This document shows positions 41,845-55,074 of a stretch of DNA of 64,000 nt, piece by piece. Each line of letters begins with the position of its first letter. Position 1 is the stretch's first letter. The stretch comes from Octopus sinensis. Lineage: Eukaryota. A program made the translations under genes and the position numbers. The notes beneath the pieces are model-generated. The model was not told the origin of the DNA. It ran no database searches and saw nothing but the letters and a program-made list of their open reading frames with translations. Where the stretch lies: contig NC_043001.1 of assembly GCF_006345805.1 (NCBI RefSeq), positions 36,270,001-36,334,000 of the forward strand. The letters run 5' to 3'.

Positions 41845-42252
41845 CACTACAGTTGGACAATGTTGAAGGCAGACGAGAAAAGAGTGAGCGCTTTTGAAAT
41901 GTGGTGCTACCGCAGAATCCTTAGAGTGTCATGAACGGAGAGAAGGACGAACAACTGGGTACTAGAAAAGCTCGGTTGCAAGATGACGCTTCGGCGAGAC
42001 ATCATGAAACGGCAGCTACGGTTCTTTGGCCACGTCATGCGTCGGGATGGACTTGAGCGAACGATCATAACTGGCAAGGTGAATGGCAGACGTAAAAAAG
42101 GCAGACCACCCACTTCTTGGCTGAAAGACATCGCAGCCACATGATTGTCTTTATTCTCAGGTGCCCATGGGGTAGAGGACAGGAGAAGGTAGCAAGACAT
42201 CGTGATGACCACAGCATCGCATAGTGCGACACCTGACTAGGGTGATGATGAA
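41845..42252 (+). mobile_element. RTE-clade LINE 3' fragment
   Basis: WTMLKADEKRVSAFEMWCYRRILRVS*TERRTN...QLRFFGHVMRRDGLE...GRRKKGRPPTSW, with a (GAT)n tail. Confidence 0.85.
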
Positions 42253-42539
42253 CACTATGATGAGTTACATTCCTGTTTACCTTAAATAGAAATAAATTTT
42301 CAACTTTAGGCCCTACTAGTGAGAGCTAATATATACTTCTAGCTCTTCTTTCATTGGTTGAGTGTACATCCTATTGCAAGGGAGATAATCATCTTGCTAG
42401 AAGTCAACTTTCTTCTTTTCGTTTTCGTTAAGGAAGTACACGTAAACTATATCATAGCACAATCTTTCTAGATTTATTTATTTATTCGTTCATTTATTTT
42501 CATTTCAAGTATAAAATCGCATGCTTATATAAATCTGTA

Positions 42540-42892
42540 GCTGGAGAAGACTTTTGCGGATTCCATGGACAGCGAGACTCACCAATGGAGAAGTTCTTAA
42601 GCAGATTAGGCCCAAAATGTCGCTAGAAGCTGGGATCACCAAGCGTAGATTGGCATATTTCGGTCATATTATGCAGAGAGAATCCCTGGAGAAGGACATC
42701 ATGCTCGGAATGGTCAGTGGCAAGAGAGGAAGAGGCTGACCAAGAACCCGCTGGCTTGACACCATCAGGAGTGATACCGGAATGGACATGGCCAATCTGA
42801 AAGAAGCGGCCCAGGATAGAACTGACTGGAGTACACTGATCCAACGAGTAACCGAGAGTCGACTTCGACTAAGCGGATAGAAATGAATGAAT
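42540..42892 (+). mobile_element. RTE-clade LINE 3' fragment, second subfamily
   Basis: WRRLLRIPWTARLTNGEVL...LAYFGHIMQRESLEKDIMLG...RGRG*PRTRWLD, with an (ATGA)n tail. Confidence 0.85.
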
Positions 42893-43802
42893 GTAGTAAC
42901 CAGCCACAGTGCAATTTTCAGCAAGACGAATCTCCATTTTATGGTGGAAGACATAAGTCATCTAATAACACATACTTTTCCGAAGTCATGCTGAGGTAAA
43001 ATGCGCTTTGCTTTAATAGAAAATAAGGTTGTTAATTTGTGAACACACCTCGATAGGAAAATGGATTTATACTGGTGTCACTGAAAACTGTTAAAGAGTA
43101 AACAGCAGAACTCTAATTAATATTTTTGATATTTTCACTCTGATATGACACTTATATAGTCAAGCTTAGGTAAATGGGCGCCATGCTAATAGAAAATTAA
43201 ATCGTTAATCTGTGAACCCCTCGTTCAGTAAGTGGGTTTCTACATGCACTGCTGCAAACCTGTTGAAAGGAAAAAATAAAAATAAAAACAGTTGAACTGT
43301 AATTAATATTTCTAAAATTTTTATAGTGATTTAAAAATATTTTTGGCTTTGTGTATTTCTAAAATAAAGTAATGACATTTGATAAAATTCTCTTTTGGCA
43401 ATTTCTTCATGAACACCTTACTTCATTAATCTACCCCTTCACCGCTACACACAGAGCCTATGCATTTCTATACCATGGTGGTATAAATATACATGTGTAT
43501 ACATACATATAAGGTTATGTATGAAAATGTGAGCGGGATGTATGCGCATGCTCACAAGTGTGTTCGTACGATCATACTTAATCAACAGGTTTCTGCAAGG
43601 AAATTACTCACTTTTTAATTGAAGCGAATACACCTCGCTAATGATGTAAAATATACACGAACAAATTTCACACTTCTACACTGAAGTTCTATTTTACATC
43701 TTATTCAAAGAAGAAGGATGTCACCCATAAAGTTTGCAGGGCATTGAAGCCTGATTGAGCGGAAGGGAAAAGAAAACTTGATACTAAAATTCTCGTTGCT
43801 TA

Positions 43803-44000
43803 AGCACGTGGCTTAATAGTTAGACTCGTGATCGTAAATTTAAGGTTTCGATTCCCGGACCGGGCGACGCGTTGTATTCTTGAGCAAAACACTTCATTTC
43901 ACGTTGTCCCAGTCCACTCAGCTGGAAAAAAATGAGAAATCCTGCGATAGAGCAGCATTCTGTCCAGGTGGGGAATATATGCGCCATGAAACCGGAAAAC
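43803..44000 (+). mobile_element. Diverged tRNA-derived SINE, family C-like head
   Basis: GTGGCTTAATAGTTAG...GTTTCGATTCCCGGACCGGG...TTGAGCAAAACACTT. Confidence 0.7.
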
Positions 44001-44536
44001 CTGTTAATTTTTTGTCGGCATAACTCGAGAAGGTAATTTTTTTAGGTTAACCTTGATCGAGTAAGCCTATGACGAAAGGTATTCCTGTCACGACCATCCA
44101 AACATTCTTCTGCATGCAGGGAAATATGGGACCAATTTATCCATTGTACTCTTTTTTTTTTTAAGACGGCGGGTTGAATTCAAGAAAGATTTTACTGCTA
44201 TTTCTAGCAAACCTCTGGCTGATCGATGTGAAAACTACTACAGTTGGAAGGGGTATATCAGAATAGTGAGCGATCACTAAACCTGAGATCTGATTCAAAG
44301 TGTTCACAACTGGATGGATTCCTTTGAATGAGCCTTGGATTCAAGTGAGGAAGTGGTTACTTATGAAACTATATAATAATCCTTTTATTTAAAAACTCCA
44401 TTCACATGCATCTTCAAACTTTTTGGTCAGTTGCACATGTTATCATTTTGATAACATATTCTCTATCGTGTATAGAAGATTAAAGAAATATACATTTGCT
44501 CTCGTGAAGATAGAGAACAATGCAATATTAGATTAA

Positions 44537-44598
<62 letters not shown>

Positions 44599-45180
44599 GT
44601 GCTTGAAAATGACCACATCTCACTCCTCTGGAACTTCACCATTCAAACTGACAGAAAGATAGATGCAAATAGGCCAGACATCATATTGAAAGACTTCCGA
44701 CAAAGAACATGCCTCCTCATTGATATGACTGTCCCAATCGATATAAACATATCTGTCAAAACCTACCATAAACTGAGCAAATATAAAGATCTTGAAATAG
44801 AAATCAGCAAAATGTGGAACCTGAAGACTAAAACAATACCTGTTGTCATAGGTGCCCTGGGAATGATAGCGAAAGGGGCTGATTGCTACCTAACTCAGAT
44901 ACCAGGAAACCCCAAAATGGCAGAAATTCAAAAGATAGTGTTCATGGGAACTGCTCATATCCTACGCAAAATACTCTGTATGTAATCCCAAGGTTTAAAA
45001 CAAACTTTTTTTTTTAATTTATGTATTAGACATTCACTAGTACAACACCAAAAAAACCCCCCAAATATATGGCACACTAGGCATAACAACAACGTGAACT
45101 TCCAACCTGTTGTCTCTTGAGGTCTCTGGGTGAGACTTGGAGCCAACTTGTACAGAATAAAGCAAAAGTCAAACATAGAA
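44599..45180 (+). mobile_element. R4/Dong-like LINE 3' end (restriction-like endonuclease domain plus 3' UTR) inserted in (TAA)n
   Basis: Open ORF 44599-44985: LLWNFTIQTDRKIDANRPDII...LIDMTVP...KLSKYKDLEIEI...IPVVIGALG (PD..D/ExK type). TAA arrays on both sides. Confidence 0.9.
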
Positions 45181-45232
45181 TATAATAATAATAATAATAA
45201 TATAATAATAATATAATATAATGATAATAATG

Positions 45233-45275
<43 letters not shown>

Positions 45276-45436
45276 CAATAAATTCAAATTACGATGAACG
45301 TAAACAAACAAACGAAGCTTGCTTTAGAAGCGTTGAGATGTCTTAGAAAGTTAAAGAAGTGATTCTCACACGTAGGATAATGCTATTAATATAGCGTGAA
45401 CAGGATAAGCTACCACTATTTTGAAGAAAAAATTGT

Positions 45437-45505
45437 TGGCGGCCGGCTATGAGACTCGAACTCACACCTCCGTGATTACGCGTCACGGTGCTCTGAACCA
45501 TTGAG
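45437..45505 (-). pseudogene. 5'-truncated tRNA-like sequence (Thr-CGT-like loop) with downstream T6
   Basis: CTCAATGGTTCAGAGC A CCGTGA-CGCGTAA-TCACGG AGG TGTGAG TTCGAGT CTCATA GCCGGCCGCCA, then ACAATTTTTT. Confidence 0.5.
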
Positions 45506-46269
45506 TTTTTTTTTATTGATTACAAGGGCACAAGGCATGGAGGACAATATCATAGGATGAGATATAACACAAAAAACACGTAGGGTTTACATCGAAAAAA
45601 GGGAGACACTACAATATTAAGGGATACCACAAAGGATATATAAATAGAAATTGGAGAAACATATTATTAAGTAATGATAAAAATGATAAAAATAATAATA
45701 AAATAAAAGTTACAATAAAATATAAATTGGCTGCTAATGATTATTGGATCTGAGACAAGCGATTGCAATATTTGAAGGACAAGTAAAGTACCCGGAATAA
45801 TTTCCTCCAGCTACAGAGCGATATGAAATTCATCAGATGGATTACTTTCTCGCCTAAACAGGGTTGAATGAGATAGACGATCAGTTTACGAATGAACTTG
45901 AAACGTCCGCACAACCTATACTGGATTCGAGCTTATTTCAGTTTGCCTCAGAAAATATATGTGTGGAATATTCTTCTGTCTAGTCTTATTTTTAATATTA
46001 CATTGAAAAGCTTTAAAATTTTCTCTTCACACACACACACACACACACACATATATTATATATATATATATAAACGTCATAGTCACATGCAAACACACAC
46101 GCACAAACATATATACAAATGCGTTTTTGAGTATTTTTATTTATATATGTGTGTGGTATTCGTGTGTATGTACAGAGTGTGACAGAGAGGATGAACGTTT
46201 TTGAAATGCCAGTTACTCAGCTCCAACAGAAGGGACATATGTCTGACAGGTACCATACGTCTGTGGTAT

Positions 46270-46466
46270 ACTCTTTTACTTGTTTCAGTCATTTGACTGC
46301 GGCCATGCTGGAGCACCGCCTTTAGTCGAGCAACTCGACCCCAGGACTTATTCTTTTTGTAAGCCCAGTACTTATTCTATCGGTCTCTTTTTGCCGAACC
46401 GCTAGGTGACGGGGACGTAAACACACCAGCATCGGTTGTCAAGCAATGCTAGGGGAACAAACACAG

Positions 46467-46536
<70 letters not shown>

Positions 46537-46692
46537 CGACAGGCTTCTTTCAGTTTCCGTCTACCAAATCCACTCACAAGGCATTGGTCGGCCCGGGGCT
46601 ATAGCAGAAGACACTTGCCCAAGATGCCACGCAGTGGGACTGAACCCGGAACCATGTGGCTGGTTAGCAAGCTACTTACCACACAGCCACTC
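46270..46692 (-). mobile_element. SINE family A, full length
   Basis: Sequence match. Confidence 0.9.
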
Positions 46693-46719
46693 TTTAGCAT
46701 TTTTTTTTTTTTTAGGTGA

Positions 46720-47350
46720 AGCCATCGCGTTTTGGACGATAGAGCATCATATGCTTGCTAACGACCAGTCATGTGAAGAATAACCAGTCTGTCATAGCAG
46801 TTCAGCATGTACTTCGGTACCACTTCAACATTCACCGAAATCAGGCTGTTCCCACCTGCAACACAATCTTACGTTTCCACCCGTACTTTTTCGTAGATAG
46901 TAATGGAAATAATGTTATTGTGAACTTCGAGCGTTGCATCGAAATGATAAACTTTTTTGTGCCTGAATTACGACGTTCTTCGCTCTCTTTTCTGTGACGG
47001 CCTCATTTCCAGGTTTGCTAACGTTTTTCCGCTCCCTGGGTTCCCCTGATTTGTCCACGTGTGATTATTTCTTGTGGGGAAACCTCAAAGCACGTGTGTA
47101 TGCGCATAAGACTCGTACACTGGACGATTTGAAGGAAGCTGTTGGCGTGGATTTCCCCCAAATCGACAGAACGATTCTGGAGAGAGCGGAAGCCAACTTC
47201 CAAGAACGCCTTCAGAAATTCATCAATGAAAACGGACACCTGATGATGGAGGTTGTTTTCCACACTTGATTTTGACAAATGCTTATTCAAAATTTGATAT
47301 CAATAAATTTTGTTTGCAGCTAAAATTAATGAGTTTATGACTTTTTCAAA
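46720..47350 (+). mobile_element. Internally deleted Tc1/mariner-superfamily transposase remnant
   Basis: NNQSVIAVQHVLRYHFNI...VPTCNTILR (HTH), PYFF...VNFERCIEMI, SPDLSTCDYFLWGNLKARVY...TLDDLKEAV. Confidence 0.85.
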
Positions 47351-47354
47351 AACG

Positions 47355-47641
47355 TCCTAGAAAGTTACCCCCCACCAGGCGCAAGTCCGGCCATGGTTGT
47401 TTATGGAAGACCAGCAGTCGCCCATGCATACTGGCCTCCCCTCTACAGGCCACAAGTGTTATCCAAGGGAAAGGCAACAGCCGATACAGCTGGATACCTG
47501 TGACGTCGTAACTCATTTCTACAGCTGAGTGAACTGGAGCAACGTGAAATAAAGTGTCTTGCTCAAGAACGTAACACGCTGCCCGATCCGGGATTCGAAC
47601 TCACAACCTCACGATCGTAAGCTCAACGCTCTAAGCACTGA

Positions 47642-47647
<6 letters not shown>
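47355..47647 (-). mobile_element. SINE family C
   Basis: Homologous to 1492-1835. Confidence 0.85.
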
Positions 47648-47677
<30 letters not shown>

Positions 47678-48493
47678 CACACACACATGTACGCATATAC
47701 ACATACGCACTATATGCATTGATTTGAAACGAGAATAAGGATGAAGCAATATTAATGTACCAAGGAATGTGCGCTGGAAATAGGTTGTTCATGGTTAGCT
47801 GCACAATGCACACTGCATGCTGCACAATTCTCGTCAATTTTTACAACAAAATGAATTCTTATATAACAACTTTGAACGAATTTGGAACAAAGAATCCCAA
47901 GGAATATACGGAGAGTTTGTGACAGCCATAAAAGTGATGCATTTTGTAGTGCGAGTTATATAGTTTATAGTTACCTCAATATAATGGCAATGTTCATACT
48001 GAAATATTAATCTCTCTGCTTCCAAAGACCTCGTACATACATGTGAGCCTCTGTGCGTGTGTGTGTGTGTGTTCATTTATTTATGTATGCCTGTCAGCAT
48101 ACACGTACATGGGCATGTGGATTACAAGCTCTACAGAGACATGGTTCAAGGTTCTATTCCATGGTGAAGCCGCCACAGCGTCTTTGTTAAAACCTCGGGC
48201 TTACCTGATTCGTCTGTGTGAGAAACGGTATAACGAAAACTGAGAATCTCTCTATTGACATATGCAGTTCGAACGACCATGTTACTTTTTACCTAATACA
48301 TTAATTTCTGTTCAACCTTCGCATGTGTCTATGTCTACTAGCAAGTGTGAGTGTGTGTATATATATGTATATATATATATATAAAATATATAAAGTTAAT
48401 CCAAACAAGAAAGCACACAAAAAACACAACAACGCGAGGACGTGGAACAAATATAGTATTATTGGACGCTCAGGAAAGAAGGAAAGAAGGAGG

Positions 48494-48528
48494 GTTTAAC
48501 GTTTCGAGCGGAGCTCTTCGTCGGAAAC
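48494..48528 (-). ncRNA. Minimal HHR, U4C variant; copy at 48973-49007
   Basis: GTTT CCGACGA A GAGC-TCC-GCTC GAAA CG TT AAAC. The second copy has AGAC, keeping a G-U pair. Confidence 0.65.
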
Positions 48529-48599
48529 ATAGGAGAAGGAAAGATCCAGAGAAGGGAAGACAGAGGAAAAAAAATCGCCAACGGTACACACGAAGTCAC

Positions 48600-48656
<57 letters not shown>

Positions 48657-48681
48657 AATATGTTACATTACTCGATAGTCA

Positions 48682-48741
48682 AGATAAAACTCTGAGTTTC
48701 AGATGCCGAAGTGGGAATCCACGACATCTCTTCGGTTATCT
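48682..48741 (-). ncRNA. Type I HHR, U4C variant; copy at 49171-49230
   Basis: AGATAA CCGAAGA GATGTCG...CGGCATC T GAAA CTCAGAG TT TTATCT. Confidence 0.75.
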
Positions 48742-49078
48742 GGCTATTTGAAAACGCTATGAAAAAATACCGTTATACAAAGGGAAATTACTGTGTTATA
48801 ACTCTGCTTGCCTGCGTACTTATACATCGCTCGCATTTTTCGCCATAAAAATTATATATATAAAATATATAAAGTTAATCCAAACAAGAAAGCACACAAA
48901 AAACACAACAACGCGAGGACGTGGAACAAATATAGTATTATTGGACGCTCAGGAAAGAAGGAATGAAGGAGGGTCTAACGTTTCGAGCGGAGCTCTTCGT
49001 CGGAAACATAGGAGAAGGAAAGATCCAGAGAAGGGAAGACAGAGGAAAAAAAATCGCTAACAGTACACACGCGGTCAC

Positions 49079-49145
<67 letters not shown>

Positions 49146-50055
49146 AATATGTTACATTACTCGATAGTCAAGATAAAACTCTGAGTTTCAGATGCCGAAG
49201 TGGGAATCCACGACATCTCTTCGGTTATCTGGCTATTTGAAAACGCTATGAAAAAATACCGTTATACAAAGGGAAATTACTGTGTTATAACTCTGCTTGC
49301 CTGCGTACTTATACATCGCTCGCATTTTTCGCCATAAAAATTATATATATAAAAATACATTAAAAAATATATAAAAAATATATAAAATATATAAAATGTA
49401 TGATAGAAGGTGTGATGAGGTAAAAAAACCTTCTTGGGACATAACATAGAGAGCATGTTCTATCTGTTTTCTTTAGGGGACCAAAAACGTAACAGAAATT
49501 TAGTCACGTATGGGCATGAGCCGAAAAGTTCTGTCCTTGTGTTTAGACATATAGTTGGGTCTAAGCTGCTTTTCCAGATAAGTCATCTCTCCATGTGCCA
49601 AAATTTGAAACCATTATTATATTCATTAATTTTATGAGATTTTCTGTTCGATGTTTCTGGGGTGTACGCAACTTTATATTCTGGTAATGTAAAATAAAAT
49701 TTGAATAACACATAATTTTTGCTTCATTGATTCTGGTGTTTCGTCTCATGATCATATTGTACTGTGGGTACTGCGCTATTGTCGTTTAGTCCCCAAAACA
49801 GCCCTGATCGAGCAGATTAATTATTATCAAAGGTACTTTAGCCATGACCATCCTTTGCTTTACATATGTTCAGTTCGATTAGTATCACATTATCCAGTTC
49901 ACCCTTTTAAGACGGCTGTTGTGATATGAGTATGAAGCGGAAACTATTTTTGGTGAACCGATCGACCACGTAAAAGCTCTGTCGGTGTATATTGCTGCGC
50001 TGTGTCTGAGTTCTATAAAGGCCACGACACTCGGATTTCAGGTTTTGCAGATTAT

Positions 50056-50115
50056 GTTGAGGTCTTTGGGTGAGATTTGGAGCCAACTTGTACAAATACA
50101 AAGCAAATATTAAAC

Positions 50116-50162
<47 letters not shown>

Positions 50163-50526
50163 GTTGAGCATGTCCCTTAGTGGTTGACTATATGGGGGAG
50201 CATCATAGCCATGTGTTGAGAGGGATTCTTTGGGGTTTGAATAATTCACCTCTGGAAACATGGGTGGTTCTTTCAACATCCTTAAACAACCCTTATTCAG
50301 GGACCTTTTGAGCGGGATGGGCTACTCAACCTGAAGAAAATTCTAACTGGGCCCCTCCTGCAAGGTCATGCGCTGTTTATCTTGGTTTGAGATCACTATG
50401 TCGCGCACATATGGTTGTGATGCATGTGCCTGGTGTACCCTTATCAGACGGGTAGTCATGATGGGTATATTGGGCTTCGTATATTTTACCCCAGTGTCAC
50501 TTTGATGGCATGCACTGCTCTCTCAC

Positions 50527-50528
<2 letters not shown>
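50056..50528 (+). mobile_element. Dong-like 3' tip (50056-50120) and a second TAA-flanked repeat (50161-50528)
   Basis: 50056-50120 matches 45117-45180. The second segment is bounded on both sides by (TAA)n. Confidence 0.6.
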
Positions 50529-50580
<52 letters not shown>

Positions 50581-51943
50581 GTAATAATAATAATAATACT
50601 ACTACTAATAATAATGATAATAATAATAATAACGGTAGCGATTGTATCGAGTTTGAGATGCATAAATTTAATGTTATAGAGTCAGATATCGATTACATAC
50701 TTCTGTTCATTGCATCGATACCGACAGAACTTAAGAACGGAAAGGGACGTAACTAAATACCGAATGGCAAAAATGTTCGACGCTTCCGTTGTTACCGCCG
50801 AACTCGTGTAGTAATTTTGTCACCGGAGAAGTAATTTAATGGTGATAAATAACCTGGCTGATGGCATCTAGATGTTTCGTGTAGTTTATTTCAATGATCT
50901 GCCTCTCTGCCTGTTTCTTTCAGACAATAGCAATGTCGTCGATTCGTTTTAACTAAATTTGCTAGCGTTATTCGCACATACCATTTAATTAAAAATGTCT
51001 GGACGGTTTTACCGCTCTTAAACACACATTTCCTATTTGTAAACGAACAAGGAAAACTATTCTAATGACTTCTCTGCTAGCTGCAGTTTCTTTCTTTCTT
51101 TCTTACATTTCCTCTTTTTTTTTTTTTCTAAAGCTTCTGTCATTTCTCATGTTCTCTTTCTTTTCTTTTCCTTCTCCCTCTGTCCTACCTATCGTCTCTT
51201 TCTTAGCTTCTCTTTTCTTTTCCCCGAAGACAAAATACGTATTTCTTTCCTCTTTAATTAGAAGCGTTTAAACCTACTTACCACTTGTTAACAGCTATTT
51301 CAGTAGCTATTTAAGTAGTTTACATAGCTGTACACTCTTTTGTCTTTCGTCGTTGTTTTCTTTCAATAAATATATACACAGTTGTTAAGTGGCCAATTCG
51401 GCATCGTCTATCTGTCAAGATGAATTCGTGACCTGTTTTCGATTTGTACGAGGAAACCTCTTCATGGTCTTTTGACATGCTAAAAGTAGCAGACAAATCT
51501 CACTCAAATCCTACCCTGCTGTTTTTAAAACGCGAAGGACACATTGTATATTGCAGCCATAGATTAGATAAAGGACCTCTGGGGATGACTGACTGGAACT
51601 TCTTCGATTATAGGTTGACTCAGTAAGAGTTGGTCTGAACGAGTAGCAAGAAAAACAACTACTTGAAGAATTAGAAATGGTACTGCTAAAAATATGGATT
51701 TAACAACACTGATTAGGGTCATTAGGAGAAATTCATATTATACATCAGGTGCAGACATGGCATTGTGGTTAAGAAGATTGCTTTGCAGCCAAGTGGTTTC
51801 AGTTTCATTCCCATTGCGCAGTACATATAGCAAGCGTCTTCTATTATAAACCCGGGTCAGCCAATGTCTTGTCAGTGAATTTGGTAGACGGAAACACAAA
51901 AATATATGTATGTATATGTATATATACATACAGGCGTACATTA

Positions 51944-52006
<63 letters not shown>

Positions 52007-52019
52007 ATATATATATCTT

Positions 52020-52381
52020 TCTTTTATTCTTTTACTTGTTTCAGTTATTTGACTGCAGCCATGCTGGAGCACCGCCTTTAGTCGAGCAAATCGACCCCAG
52101 GACTTATTCTTTGTAAACCTAGTACTTATTCTATCGGTCTCTTTTCCCGAACCGCTAGGTTACGGGGACGTAAACACACCAGCATCGGTTGTCAAACTAC
52201 ATTGGTGGGGGGACAAACATATACATATATATATACAATGGGTTTCTTTCAGTTTCCGTCTACTAAATTAACTTACAAGGCTTTGGTCGGCCCGAGGCTA
52301 TAGTAGAAGACTCTTGCCCAAAGTGCCAGCAGTGAGACTGAACCCGGAACCATGTGATTGGTAAGCAAGCTACTTACCACA
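52020..52381 (-). mobile_element. SINE family A
   Basis: Sequence match. Confidence 0.85.
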
Positions 52382-52544
52382 GCATACACTTACAAACAAA
52401 ACTTCATTCATATGTATATACTTATGGAGTTTTCGCAAGATTGTACATTCGGATATCTAGAAAAATTTTTTAGACATTCAGATGTTGAGATATTGAAACT
52501 TTAATCAAGAACTTTTGCAGTGTCAATGAATATTTAAAAAAAAA

Positions 52545-52845
52545 TTTATGCGCCCTTTTCAAGCCTAGCTCATGGGACCAGTTTCCCGGTTTCTGTGGCG
52601 TATGTGTTTCGCCAGCTAGACGGGACGCCAGTCCATCGCAGCGTTACTCAAGAAACAGAAAGAAAGAGTGAGAGAAAGTTGGGGCGGAAGAGTACAACAG
52701 GGGTCGCCACAACCCTCTGCCGGAGCCTCGTGCAGCTTTAGGTGTTTTTGCTCAATACATACACACAACGCCCGGTCTGGGAATTGAAACCTCGATCCTC
52801 CGATCGAGAGGCCACTGCCCTAACCACTAGGCCATTGCGCCTCCA
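52545..52845 (-). mobile_element. tRNA-derived SINE, family D
   Basis: Minus head GAGGCGCAATGGCCTAGTGGTTAGGGCAG...GGTTTCAATTCCC. Confidence 0.8.
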
Positions 52846-53814
52846 TAATGTCAATGAATAGGTGAGGAGAATTGGCTTCAACGAAAATTCGAAACTGAAC
52901 CGCTTGCTTGGCCTGCAAGAAGTTTACACATTTTTGCATGTCTGTATACGTGTGTGGTAATATAAATATAAGGTTATATAAATACAAGAAATGTTCTGTG
53001 AATGTAGCGCTGTATATATGGAATTCTTGATGGACATAAAATTTTCTTCATTCTTCCGTCTCCCTTCTCCAACTCTCTGCATGTGTGTGTGTGTGTGTGT
53101 GTGGTGTGTGTGTGTGTGTTTTGTAGGTGTGAGAATATAACTAAATGTATATACATACATACTGACAAAACAAAAGCGCAATGCATATATACATATACAT
53201 ACCTATACACACACACTGACAAAGAATAATGGATACGCCAAGTCTGAAACTCAATAACAATATCAATCACATCACCCATACCAACATCAAGAACACATAT
53301 AATAGCACCACTACAACAAACAAGGAATACAACTACAACAGCCATAATACGCTAGGATAACATAAAATCTTATACAAAGATAATATTAGAAAAATTCATT
53401 TCGAGATAAGAAGAATATCCTATTAGTAATTATATTAATAATTTGTATTTAGTGCTGATGGTAGTAAATGTAGTGCAATTCTTAAATCGTGAACCCTAAC
53501 AATGTTGACAGAACAGAACCAAAAACGATTTCAATGTATTTGTTGGAAGCCAAAGTTAGTGATGCTAGCCCACACACATTGAAGTCGGAAATTCAAAACC
53601 TGTCTTTACCAGCCTCGTTGTCATTCTTTGTCTTCCGTTTGTTTCATGTTTTGAAGTGAAGACATGTATTGTTATCAGGAAGTTAAGAATGTTTTCTAAA
53701 ATATACTTAGTAAATGTGGAAAAGCGAAACCAGGAAGAACATTTGATATACCAGAAGCACAAGGCCACACAATGTGACTAACATAAAGATGATTTGATGG
53801 AGCTCGATATTCCA

Positions 53815-54186
53815 CTCTTTTACTCTTTTACTTGTTTCAGTCATTTGACTGCGGCCATGCTGGAGCACCGCCTTTAATCGAGCAAACGACCCCGGAACTT
53901 ATTCTTTGTAAGCCCAGTACTTATTCTATCGGTCTCTTTTGCCGAACCGCTAAGTAACGGGGACGTAAACACACCAGCATACATATATATACACAAACAC
54001 ACACATACATATATATATAGATACGACAGGCTTCTTTCAGTTTCCGTCTACCAAATCCACTCACAAGGCTTTGGTCGGCCCGAGGCTATAGTAGAAGACA
54101 ATTGCCCAAGGTGCCACGCAGTGGGACTGAACCCGGAACCATGCGGTTGGTAAACAAGCTACTTACCACACAGCCACTCCTGCGCT
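53815..54186 (-). mobile_element. SINE family A
   Basis: Sequence match. Confidence 0.9.
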
Positions 54187-55074
54187 ATGGTAATTATTTT
54201 ATCAAAATAATTACCACTGGTAATTATTTTATCAAAGTCACGAAAAGGAGATGGAATTTAGTTTCGGCGTTAACCGCAAGATATATTCCCGGTGCTTTAC
54301 TGATATTACCAACTAGCCACCCTCCACCATTTTACCATATTGAAAAGGAGCTTCTAAACAGAGGCGCGACCTGCACTACAATCGCACTCAGTGTTGTCAG
54401 TCTTCTTATTGTTGTTGTCGTGGCTGTTATTTTTATTGTTATCATTGTGAGCTGACAGAAACGTTAGCAAGCCGGACGAAATGCCGCTAAGCATTTCGCC
54501 CATCTTCACGTTCTGAGTTCAAACTACGCTGTGGTCGATAAATTAAGTACCAGTGAAACTCTGGAGTTTATATAATCGACTAGTCCTCTCCCTCAAAATG
54601 TCAGGCCTTGTGCTTATAGTAGAAAGGGTCATTGTAGCTTAGCCTCAGTTCCGCTCTGTTTGATCAAAAGATATATGGTCAAAGGTATTCTGGCCGTGGC
54701 CATCTAATTCTTTTATTTGAGCCTTTCCGTATCGCCCTGCTTAACATATCGACCTGCACAACAATCACATTCAAATGACGATTTACTGCCTCGGAAATAA
54801 TAGCATATATCGGGGCGATACGTTAAGCCTCAAATAAAAGAATTAGATGGCCACGCCACAATGCCTTTGACCATATATCTTTTGATCAAACAGAGCCGTA
54901 CACCGGCTAAGTCACAATAACCCTTTCTACTATAAGGACAAGGCCTGAAATTTTGAGGGAGAGGACTAATCTATTACATCGACACCAGAATTTTCCTGGT
55001 ACTTAATTTATCGACCACGGCGTAATTTGAACTTATAACAAGAAGACGGGCGAAATGCTTAACGGCATTTCGCC

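Larger units (their letters stand above)
48381..49352 (-). repeat. Tandem duplication (~479-489 bp unit), each unit carrying two HHRs
   Basis: AAAGTTAATCCAAACAAG at 48392 and 48871. Near-identical except for internal TA length. Confidence 0.9.

Noticed and set aside
44195-44210. GCTAGAAATAGCA on the minus strand (also ~56070), resembling the Cas9 sgRNA scaffold
   Set aside because: Only a 13-nt match inside a host repeat; no tracrRNA remainder, array or cas genes.
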